Assembly (NCBI GenBank): GCA_965235115.1
Contig: OZ249446.1
Location: 19,530,001-19,594,000 of the forward strand
Reading direction: 5' to 3'
DNA length: 64,000 nt
From: Laetmonice hystrix
Lineage: Eukaryota
Positions 53,440 through 62,913 of this stretch are shown in pieces. The translations under genes and the position numbers were made by a program. Each line of letters starts with the position of its first letter. The stretch's first letter is position 1. The notes beneath the pieces are model-generated. The model worked only from the letters and a program-made list of their open reading frames with translations. It did not search any database and was not told the origin of the DNA.

Positions 53440-53685
53440 CAGTGAGAATGTAGTGAGAAAGAAACCTGCCAAAAGGAGGCAATCACCTACTCTTTTCGAA
53501 AATTGGCAAGGGTTTTTTACTATTCCCAATCGCACAGACACGGCTGGGCATACCAAATCCTTTGATGACCCAGTTGCGGAGCACTGGGGGATGTTCAGTG
53601 AGAAAAATGGTACAGGAAGGATGCGGATCCATCTGTGCCCCGCAGATGATTTTGCAATCCGACACTCGACCACTTCCACACATCA
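53440..53685 (-). mobile_element. Decayed tRNA-derived SINE with a MetaSINE/DeuSINE-like central domain
   Basis: Minus strand has a degenerate A box (tggaagtggtcgag) and B box (ggatccgcatcc), then ...aaaaacccttgccaattttcgaaaagagtagg...ggcaggtttctttctc. This resembles the conserved AAAGATCCCTTGC...CGAAAAGAGTAG central domain as recalled from memory; needs a Dfam/SINEBase check. Confidence 0.55.
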
Positions 53686-54475
53686 ACCCTCGACCCATTT
53701 GTCTCCGAACAGCCAGGGGTTGAGCTGAGGATCGCTCTTACCCTTGATCCCCAAGGGGGCGTACTTGGAGAAAACACTGGCTGGCCTCTTCTAATCCCTG
53801 CATCTCAACCTCCTGAAGCACCTCGTCTACATAGACCCCTGCTTCACATTAGATATCTTAAGTAGCATTAAAAATAGGTCGAAACCATTAAACGCATGAT
53901 TATGATTGCTTCAAAATAGTGTCAAAACATCAATTTTGTATTTCTTCGGTACACTTAGCTGATGTAAAGCATGACACGAACTTACACACATCATGACTAT
54001 ATAACTTTGTTACTTATGTTTAATGTACAAATGTATGTAATTATGTACATTATGCACGATGTAAAAAAAGCCTGGGTGTTGAAGCGTGACCCAGAGGAAA
54101 GAGGAAAGGAGGGGGGGGGGGGGGCGTTCATTGTGCACCGAGCGAACTACCTCAGATGTAGGCTTCCAGCATTGATTACATCACGACCGGCACCTATTAA
54201 TGGTAACAGATCCGTTCGGCCTCGCCATAAGAAACCTCATTTCTAAATAGGATATCCGCTGGGAACAGATAGGCATGATTTACGGAATGAGATTAATGAA
54301 GTTATTAACGCTTTTGCCTGTGATCATAATTAGTGTTAAGAATTGGAAGGCGTATCTTGTTGCACAGGGTTGCTGCTATAAGTAGCAGAATCAAAGATAC
54401 CGACCGCTTTCTCGGCTCTCTAAGGCGTTCTGATCTATTCTGAAAGTTTCACGTCATCGGGCGTGCCTCTCTGGC

Positions 54476-54490
54476 AGCGCCGCCTAGCGA
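54476..54490 (-). promoter_or_regulatory. CTCF-like core motif
   Basis: Minus strand TCGCTAGGCGGCGCT, 13/15 identical to the site at 42958. Confidence 0.35.
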
Positions 54491-54649
54491 CGGCGTTCCT
54501 AAACTATATGTCGGCCCTGTGTGCGACAACCATGCACATTCTTCCGGTTGCGCATGAGCGAATCTATTGAGAAGTTCTAAAACTATATACAATGTACAAC
54601 TGTATCGCCATTGCCAATTATACAATACGATAATTGACATTTGTTTAAC

Positions 54650-54765
54650 TCCAGACTGGGTTATTAAAAACTTGTGTGGTGCTGTGTCCATGCAGTGTTG
54701 CTTCGTGAAGAACCCTTGCCAGCTATCCAGCAGGATATTGTTCCGGTGTGCGAGTTTCTTTCTTT
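54650..54765 (+). mobile_element. Second, more decayed fragment of the same SINE family
   Basis: actgggttattaaaaacttgtgtgg... and aagaacccttgccagctatc...gagtttctttc parallel the 53.5-kb copy. Confidence 0.4.
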
Positions 54766-54936
54766 ATCCTTTCATCATGATGGCGTAAAAAAAACAACCA
54801 ACCAACCCCTCTAAAAAGGAAATCACCACTATAGTCGATGCTGAAATGTATCAAGATTTGAACATCTTAAGATATGGTGAAAACTGGCATATAGACTACA
54901 ACAAACGGGGTACTAGACGTAGCGACAATTGTTCAT

Positions 54937-55623
54937 CTCCTCAATACATGTACAGCCATTGGTAGGACCTCCTCAATAGAGTCATTGGTAGGACCTCCTT
55001 AATACAATCATTGGTAGGACCTCCTCAATACAGCCATTGGTGACCTCCTCAATACAGCCATTGGTAGGACTTCCTCAATACAGTCATTGGTAGGACCTCC
55101 TCAATACAGCCATTGGTAGGACCTCCTCAATACAGCCATTGGTAGGACCTCCTCAATACAGTCATTGGTAGCACCTCATTAATACAGTCATTGGTAGGAC
55201 CTCCTCAATACAGTCATTGGTAGGACTTCCTCAATACAGCCATTGGTAGGACCTCCTCAATAGAGTGATTGGTAGGACCTCCTTAATACAATCATTGGTA
55301 GGACCTCCTCAATACAGCCATTGGTAGGACCTCCTCAATACAGTCATTGGTAGGACCTCCTTAATACAGTCATTGGTAGGACCTCCTTAATACAGTCATT
55401 GGTAGGACCTCCTCAATACAGCCATTGGTAGGACCTCCTCAATACAGTCATTGGTAGGACTTCCTCAATACAGTCATTGGTAGGACCTCATTAATACAGT
55501 CATTGGTAGGACCTCCTCAATAGAGTCATTGGTAGGATCTCCTCAATAGTCATTGGCCAGACCTCTTCAATAGTTATTGGTCAGAACTCCTCAATAGTCA
55601 CTGGCCAGACCTCCTTAATACAA
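54937..55623 (+). repeat. 26-bp minisatellite, about 26 copies
   Basis: Unit cattggtaggacctcctcaatacag(t/c), degenerating at the right end. Confidence 0.95.
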
Positions 55624-56407
55624 AGCGACCGAAAGAAATCGGTCTCAAATAACTTGGTAATGGTTCCCTTATCTTAACGGACTCCAAGCTCCCATATGTA
55701 TTTCAGTGATCTCTCTCAATGTCTCTTACTCTCGCCCCCTCTCTCTTTATATATATGCTTCCGCCTATAGGATGTATCGGACGGTGCAAATATGGACCTG
55801 CCCTTCCTGTTAGTTGTGTATAATTAAAATGGTTCCTGACAAGGAAACACAGAGTCGTGGTTTATTGATATCACATTCTACCAGCTGACGGCTTACCTTG
55901 TGGTTTCCTCTCTCTCCCCGCGGCCCACACACAGGGATAGAGGAAGCCACAGTCGTTCGTTGTAGCATAGAATGGTCCTCAAGTTTGTATTTATGTCGAA
56001 TAGCTCAGCAGCCGTCATTAAATACACTGTAAAAAATGTACTGTAGAATTTACAGTAACTTACTGGCAGCTTGGGTGCCAGTAAATTACTGTAGAATTTA
56101 CAGTAGCTACAAATCTACTGTAAATCATAACGGTATTTTACTGTAATTCCTGGTGCAATTTACTGTAAAATATGCTGTAAGCTGGGTTTCAATACAGTAA
56201 TATACTGGACTTCATAGGAAACTTTACTGTAAAATATATTGTAAAATGTGGTTGACAAACGGTATTTTACTGTAATTATTAGTTTTACAGGAATCTCGGA
56301 TGCTGTAAAATCTACAGTAAGGGCCCAGGTTCTGTGAATCACAAACGGTATATTACTGTAATTATTAGAAAAGCAATCCATGTAGGTTTTTAACGACAGA
56401 TTTATTA

Positions 56408-57250
56408 CAACTTTGCTCAAATCCACGGCACATCTCATCTGTACTTAAAACTCGGTTCAAAAAACCTTACAACTTTACTCAAAACCCCGGCACATCTCAC
56501 CTGTACTTAAAACGCTGTTCGAAAACTCCACCAACTTTACTCAACACCTCGGCACATATACCCTGTACTTAAAATAACTCTACTCGACCCCCCCCCCCCC
56601 AACTTTACTTAACACCTCGGCACATGCACCTTAAAGTTCTTCTCGAAAACCACCCCAACTTTACTCAATACCTCGACACATTTCACCTGTACTTAAAACT
56701 TTGCTTGAAACCCCCCCCCACAACTTTACTCAACACCTCGGCACATCTCACCTGTACTTAACTTTACTTGAAAATTACCCCAACTTTACTCAACACCTCG
56801 GCACATCTCACCTGTACTTAAAACTTTGCCCGAAAACCCCCCACAACTTTACTCAACACCTCGGCACATCTCACCTTAAAATTCTTCCCGAAAACCACCA
56901 CAACTTTACTCAACACCTCGGCACATCTCACCTTAAAATTCTTCCCGAAAACCACCACAACTTTACTCAACACCTCGGCACATCTCACCTTAAAATTCTT
57001 CCCGAAAAACACCACAACTTTACTCAACACCTCGACACATCTCACATGTACTTAAAACGCCCCACAACTTTACTCAACACTTCGGGACATCTCACCTGTA
57101 CTTAAAACGCCCCACAACTTTACTCAACACTTCGGGACATCTCACCTGTACTTAAAACGCCCCACAACTTTACTCAATACTTCGGGACATCTCACCTGTA
57201 CTTAACTCTACTCGCAAACCCCTCCCCCCCTCCCAACTTTACTCAAAACC
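56408..57250 (+). repeat. 50-68-bp minisatellite (about 15 units) inside the CACTA element
   Basis: Conserved core caactttactcaacacctcggcacatctcacc(tgtac)ttaaaa with a variable but homologous tail. Confidence 0.9.
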
Positions 57251-57258
57251 TTGTTAAG

Positions 57259-57415
57259 TTAGTTTGACCATTCAAAATCAGCCAGCTTGTTTAGAAATGT
57301 AGCCACATGGGGATTCAGACTCTCCTTTTTTCTTTGCACCGTCTTCCCTTCCTTGTTTTGATGGCTGGCCTTGGTATACTTGCTCCCGGTCGTTGGATTT
57401 ATGCCCATGAAGCAC
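57259..57415 (-). pseudogene. Terminal exon remnant of the EnSpm/CACTA accessory (SAMD3-like/TnpA-like) ORF
   Basis: After acceptor ttgctgcag: (R)CFMGINPTTGSKYTKASHQNKEGKTVQRKKESLNPHVATFLNKLADFEWSN*. This matches the recalled C-terminal signature QR.F..INP..G.K...K...LNPHV..FL..L.DFEW of animal EnSpm-associated ORFs. Confidence 0.7.
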
Positions 57416-57602
57416 CTGCAGCAATTCACATACACCTCTGCAGTCTTGATGCAATGTGCCTTCACTTTCTAGTTTACAGGGGGTAGGGTCAGTCGATCCT
57501 CCCAAGTTTTCTGTAAGGTGAAGCATGGATATTTGATACAGATAAGTTCACACTGAATCACAGTTCCCTACTACTTTGGGAGGTAAAATTCCACGTTTGA
57601 GG

Positions 57603-57882
57603 GATGGGTCTAGGTCGGGGTGAGGGTGGGTCCAGGTGATGGTGGGTCTGGATGATGGTGGGTCTGGGTGAGGATCATAGGTCTGGGTAAGGGTGGGTCT
57701 AGGTCTGTCGATGAGGGTGGGTTTGGGTGAGGGTGGTTCTCGGTAAGGGTGGGTCTGGATGAGTGGATCTCTATGAGGGTTGGTCTGGGTAAGGGTGGGT
57801 CTACTCTGGATGAGGGTGGGTCTGGGTAAGGGGTGGGTCTGGATGAGGGTGGATCTGGTTTAAGGTGGGTCTGGATGAGGGT
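57603..57882 (+). repeat. G-rich degenerate tandem repeat (gggtgggtctgg(g/a)tgag) inside the CACTA element
   Basis: Roughly 15 imperfect 17-20-bp units. Confidence 0.85.
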
Positions 57883-58174
57883 AACTGCCTTTAGAACAAC
57901 ACCGCCTATTCAAACATTAACGGTTTAACGTTAGAGATCTAGACCAACCAGGTGATGTGTCGCAACTTTAGCCTCTATCTGCTTTCAAATCTCCCATCCT
58001 ATCTCGCCTTCGTAACCAACACATCCAACTCAACCCCAGCCTAGGTCCCTAATTACACAGGCGAATAATAAACCTACCTAATTTGCTAATTCTCGACTCA
58101 AGTGTCGCTGGTGGAGCCCGTCAGCAGTTTGACGCAAAGGAATGCCACGTCACGACACGTCATAAACCCAGAAT

Positions 58175-58440
58175 CCATAGGGTTCACAGTATTTTACTGT
58201 AAACTGGAACCACAAGTCCACAATGCACCGCGTATGCAGTATTTTACTGTAAAGTGGAGCTACAGTAATTTACTGTTACAATTTACAGTAAATTACCACA
58301 GCAGTTTTTTACAGTACCATAGGGTTCACAGTATTTTACTGTAAACTGGAACCACAAGTCCACAATGCACCGCGTATGCAGTATTTTACTGTAAAGTGGA
58401 ACTACAGTAATTTACTGTTACAATTTACAGTAATTTACCG
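58175..58440 (+). repeat. 142-bp tandem duplication of the CACTA right subterminal region
   Basis: ccatagggttcacagtattttactgtaaactggaaccacaag... begins at both 58175 and 58317. Confidence 0.9.
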
Positions 58441-58556
58441 TTCAAACTACAGCAATTTTTTACAGTGTACGGTAACCCAGAAGTACAAAACGGTTACGTT
58501 GACTGAGAAAAAAACTCGAAAACGCGACCTGAAAATCCTGTTATGGCCCTGATCCA

Positions 58557-58664
58557 CCGATGGTGACCAGTTCGCAACTGACTAGCCTAAAGAATCAAAG
58601 TTGCGAATCAGTCACAAACAAAACTTTGCGATTGATTCGCAACTTTGAACTTCTGGACCACCGT
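58557..58664. mobile_element. Small fold-back/MITE-like relic
   Basis: Internal inverted repeat aaagttgcgaatcagtcacaaa / tttgcgattgattcgcaacttt with imperfect outer arms ggtgaccag / ctggaccacc; no clear TSD. Confidence 0.4.
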
Positions 58665-59057
58665 AGATTTATCTGTTTATATTACTTCCAATAAACAAAA
58701 GATTTACTGATATTCTAGAGGTGCAGATCTAACCTCCTAATAACACCGTAAGCATACATTTATACGTCCACATTCTTTCCCTTTTATCGGAAATTAAACT
58801 TGGCATTTTGACTCCGACAGAAAAAGTGAAGACGACGACGGTATCCTGTTATCACCCGTGGTGTTTCCAGACCACGGGATTCTGGGATAGGAAATCGGGA
58901 CGCGAGACAGAAAGCAGACGACAATTTGACTGTTGAGATCGACACGATCATTCTGTTATTGGGACGAATGGAAAAGGCGTTCAACTTTATCCTGAGGGAT
59001 ATTCTCTCTACTCCAATCTCAATATTCTGAGAGGTCTTGACGACTTACCGATGTCAT

Positions 59058-59062
<5 letters not shown>

Positions 59063-59115
<53 letters not shown>

Positions 59116-59262
59116 GAGAGAGAAAAGTACCCCTATCTATGTCTATGTATATGAGAGAATGAATTTCGGCCTACATCATAGTACATCAAATTGAGAGTTG
59201 ATCGCAATGATGTTTAAATAAACCCGAATACATTTACGAGGGTCGTCCAAACCTGCAAAGAG

Positions 59263-59308
<46 letters not shown>

Positions 59309-59322
59309 TCTCTCGCTCTCTC
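59063..59322. repeat. (GA)n and (TC)n microsatellites in inverted arrangement about 160 bp apart
   Basis: (GA)n at 59063-59103 and (TC)n at 59263-59322. Confidence 0.85.
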
Positions 59323-59483
59323 TATTTTTCCTTTTTAGGTAGATGAAGCAGAACTCTCCTGCACAATGATCCAACAGTAACCGACAATTAAAATAGTTGG
59401 TAAAAGTTAAAATAACTGTGTGAAGCCACGGGGCAAGCGTTTACAACGTTTCATTTCGTGCGTCATTCGCTGCTGATGCCAGT

Positions 59484-60689
59484 TATATATATATATAACA
59501 TTTATTCGTACACATATAATAAGTACATGAATACAATTTGAGGGTAGATACGAGGATTAGTTACAACAAAGTTCCTCGATCATTATACATATTTCCGAGT
59601 GGGTGAACCCAGGTAGCTTTCTAAGATGATCTCTTACGTCTAACAGTTCTATAACATGCTGTGCCATGCCATGTGCTACAGCGTTATTCGGGGCATGCAC
59701 ATGGGCCAAGTACTTGACCCAGTTCCGTCCTAGTGCTCCTGAGGTCAGGTGGCGTGCTCTCTCGCCTATGAGGCGTACATGTCCATTTGAACTTTTCAGG
59801 AATGACTGCAGAAATTTAAATACTCTGTCTCTGTGTTGTTCCGCGAATGACCGACCTTCGACCAGCAATGGCAATATGTGTCTATGGGTCGTGTTTGGTA
59901 TACCTAATGTTCTTCTTACAGCTTTATTCCATTCCGTGTCCATCTTGTTGGAAAGCTTACTTTCCAAATCCCAATTTTGACATCCATACCAAGAACTACA
60001 ATAGGTTTGTAGAAGACTGCCCTTTACATTATTTGAGACAAAAGAAAACTTGTTGTTTAGTTTGTTGACCTGCGAGATAAAAACGCCTTTTTTCATCCTC
60101 ATATCATCAGAGTCGTTAAGGCTGCTGTTAATAATGTTGCCCAAATACTTGACTTTATCGGTCCAAGTCAGAGGGGACCCGTATAACTTGACACTGCGTT
60201 TGGGCAGCTGACCACCACCGCTTATACATACACACATAGTCTTTTTGGCATTGAATACTACATTGAATTCGTTGGCGTAATCTTCACAGATAAGTAATAG
60301 TTCCTGTAGGGCTTGTATTGAGGGTGTAAGTAGGCCAACGTCATCGGCGTATCCCAAGCCAGCAAATGAGAGATGACCGATGTGGCACCCGACCCCGGAC
60401 TCATTAATTCGATTTAGGAGTTCGTCGATGTACACACAAAAAAGAATTGGGGAAAGAACCCCCCCTTGTTTCACCCCATTGTGGGTGTTAAAAAATTCTG
60501 ACAGTTCACCGTTCCACGTTGTGCACATTCGCTGTCTTGTGTACATGTCCAGTAACAGGCGTGTAACGACGGCAGGTAACTTTCTGTCACGCAGCAAACT
60601 GAACAGCTTTCCGTAGTGTACCCGATCGAATGCCTTGGACGCATCGAGAGTACACAAGTAAACATGAATGCAAATCCTCGAGAAGCGGG
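59484..60689 (-). mobile_element. 5'-truncated non-LTR retrotransposon, probably RTE group (RTEX/Proto2-like)
   Basis: RT ORF C-terminal half; short 3' UTR with AATAAA (59501-59506) and a (TA)n tail (59484-59497); candidate 6-bp TSD GCCAGT (59478-59483 and 60690-60695). The clade call is tentative. Confidence 0.9.
59557..60657 (-). CDS. Reverse transcriptase, C-terminal part of LINE ORF2 (no true start codon; endonuclease and RT N-terminus missing)
   Basis: LDASKAFDRV, GVKQGGVLSPILF, GYADD, FNAKKT and VKYLG motifs in one uninterrupted 366-codon frame. Confidence 0.9.
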   Translation of the reverse strand: MCTLDASKAFDRVHYGKLFSLLRDRKLPAVVTRLLLDMYTRQRMCTTWNGELSEFFNTHNGVKQGGVLSPILFCVYIDELLNRINESGVGCHIGHLSFAGLGYADDVGLLTPSIQALQELLLICEDYANEFNVVFNAKKTMCVCISGGGQLPKRSVKLYGSPLTWTDKVKYLGNIINSSLNDSDDMRMKKGVFISQVNKLNNKFSFVSNNVKGSLLQTYCSSWYGCQNWDLESKLSNKMDTEWNKAVRRTLGIPNTTHRHILPLLVEGRSFAEQHRDRVFKFLQSFLKSSNGHVRLIGERARHLTSGALGRNWVKYLAHVHAPNNAVAHGMAQHVIELLDVRDHLRKLPGFTHSEICIMIEELCCN

Positions 60690-60734
60690 GCCAGTGACGT
60701 GTCGTAATCGATGGTCAGTTTCCGGCACCACCAC

Positions 60735-60740
<6 letters not shown>

Positions 60741-60803
<63 letters not shown>
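60741..60803 (+). repeat. (GA)n microsatellite
   Basis: About 30 GA units preceded by acatagatag. Confidence 0.95.
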
Positions 60804-60811
<8 letters not shown>

Positions 60812-62778
60812 CAGACAGACTGACAGAGAGACGGGCAGAGATAGGGAACCAGATATTTTACAGAAATATAAATTCCCTCAGACACGCGTGTATGTTTGAA
60901 GTCTACACTACAACTGACCTCGTCTAGATCTGGCTTATGTGAGGTCCGCTGGCAAATAACTGTCCCACAACACCGTTAGAGGCATGTCATTATCTTTAAC
61001 AGCATTACATTGATGTAAACGTTAACAGTCGTAACCTATGGGCGTCAGTTCATTTCGTTGAGGTCACAAATGCTAACAGTTTCACTAACGGTGTTGTATA
61101 TGATCGTAAAACCAAGCCCGCGCTCTCCAACCGTCGCGTCACGTGGGTTAGCGGTCGCCGGTCACGGCGGCCAATTGAATGCCTGCTTTTTATTGAGTCG
61201 TGCGTGTTTCGTGTTCGTTTTGGAACCCCCGCACTTTGCACAGAGATCGCAGCCAGCGGCGGCCAGCCAGTGGCACAGCCCATCACCTCTGACACGCCTC
61301 AATGCTGGTTTGTATCAAGGGGGATATTAATAGTGTGCAAACGGTAATATGGCCCCTAATCGTCGCTACGATCGAAATACGCGTGGCAGCTGACCTGCAG
61401 GCATCCCCTGCTGGAAACTGGTGTTACCAGATCTTGTGGAAGGCTGGCAAACTGCAGTGATACGTATTACTGTTGGATCGAAGGCCGGGTTGAAATTAGC
61501 CAGGTTGTTCAGGCACATGTACAACCATAAGAGGACCCCTCTACTTCCACTCCAGTATTTCTACACTTGATAAGATACTTACATTAGTAAACCCTACATA
61601 CATGAGTAGGCCCTACTTACACGAAATACCACCAAATACACATGAAACTAAGACCTTACTACTTTTACCACAGGCCTTGAAAAATGTGTTTTTGTAGTTT
61701 GTAAGTCTGTCCTAAAGTCTATAAAGTACGTTTCGTCCTTTCTCCGAGTTGTTGCCTTATATTCATTGCGGCCGGTTCAATTGTGAAGGCGGCAATAATT
61801 TGGTTAGCTGTCAAGATGAGGTGTTGAGGAGTTTAGCCTTAAGACCTGCTTGGATAACGGTCGGAGAGGAAAGCCGCAGACTTGGGGCTCTGAAGTCGTG
61901 TCGAGTTACTAGGGCCTTTAACTTGACGATTCGGCTGGTGGAAAGGTTGAGACAGACTGACGGCAACATTACAGTCTGCCCTATTCCTGACAGGTGGGCA
62001 AAGGATGGCGGGCAGGTGGGCAAAGGATGGCGGGCAGGGTCTGACGGTCGATGACGTGTGGAGGGGGAGGGTGGGCAAGGCAATGAGGACGTCTTTGATA
62101 ATCGTGGCCCATTGTTGGCATCGATTCTTCCAGAGGCGAGGCTAGATCATCCCCGCCCTCGCTGTGGATGTCGTTGTGTGTGTTTATGTGCCGTATGCAC
62201 CCTAGCTCCTCTTGAAATCACTTACTTACCCCTAGCCCCTTGTCCTTACCCCATCCCCCAACGATCACCACCATCCCTAAACCATCAGCACTTATTTTTA
62301 CAACACTCGCCTCCTTTGATCCATATCTCAGTCAAACAATAAATTGAAAATTATGGGGGTTTTTATTCACAATGAAAGGCACGCCCGCAGTACCTCAAAG
62401 TCTACCCACAACATTTTGTTTAGGGTGTAGCTTTCTTTCACACATTGTGCCGATATTAGGAAGAAATGCGCGGTGATTCCCCTAGGGCACGCATTCTGTC
62501 GCCACTACATGGTTGTATACACTTACCTACCCATGTCATCTAATAGAATCATAAAAACTCTGTTTATATGACACATCAAAGATGCATCATTTCTCCACAT
62601 CTGTTATTGACATATGCCTCGCTTGCCTAACATTTTATATTTTTAAATATTTATGGGCTCCTGTTTATGTGCCGTTAAAATGAACCTGATTACAACATAA
62701 GTATGCGGGAATATACCTGGACAGTCATGAAAACACGACCAACCTTTTCTACTTGGTGCTGCTTGGGGGACACTTGAA

Positions 62779-62913
62779 TGCCCGATTTCCACCGGACGCG
62801 CGCGCACATATCATGCCTCGCGCGCGTCTTCAATTACTTCAATCACTTAAACTTTTGGCACGAGCGCGCGCACCAAAACAAATCGTTCGCTCGCGTCCGG
62901 TGGAAATCGGGCA
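62779..62913. mobile_element. 135-bp MITE, PIF/Harbinger-like
   Basis: 22-bp perfect TIR TGCCCGATTTCCACCGGACGCG / CGCGTCCGGTGGAAATCGGGCA with a 3-bp duplication GAA (62776-62778 and 62914-62916). Confidence 0.75.

Larger units (their letters stand above)
56025..58467 (-). mobile_element. Internally deleted CACTA/EnSpm (CMC) DNA transposon, 2443 bp
   Basis: 13-bp TIR CACTGTAAAAAAT / ATTTTTTACAGTG; TA duplication (56023-56024 and 58468-58469); dense subterminal TTACTGTAAA/TTTACAGTAA repeats at both ends; remnant exon of the EnSpm accessory ORF; no transposase. Confidence 0.85.

Noticed and set aside
53600-53685. tRNA-Cys gene (GCA loop)
   Set aside because: Stems do not pair into a cloverleaf and the B box is degenerate; better explained as a SINE head.
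56408-57250. CRISPR-like array (constant part plus variable part)
   Set aside because: The variable parts are short and homologous to each other rather than unique spacers; no cas genes; eukaryotic context inside a DNA transposon.
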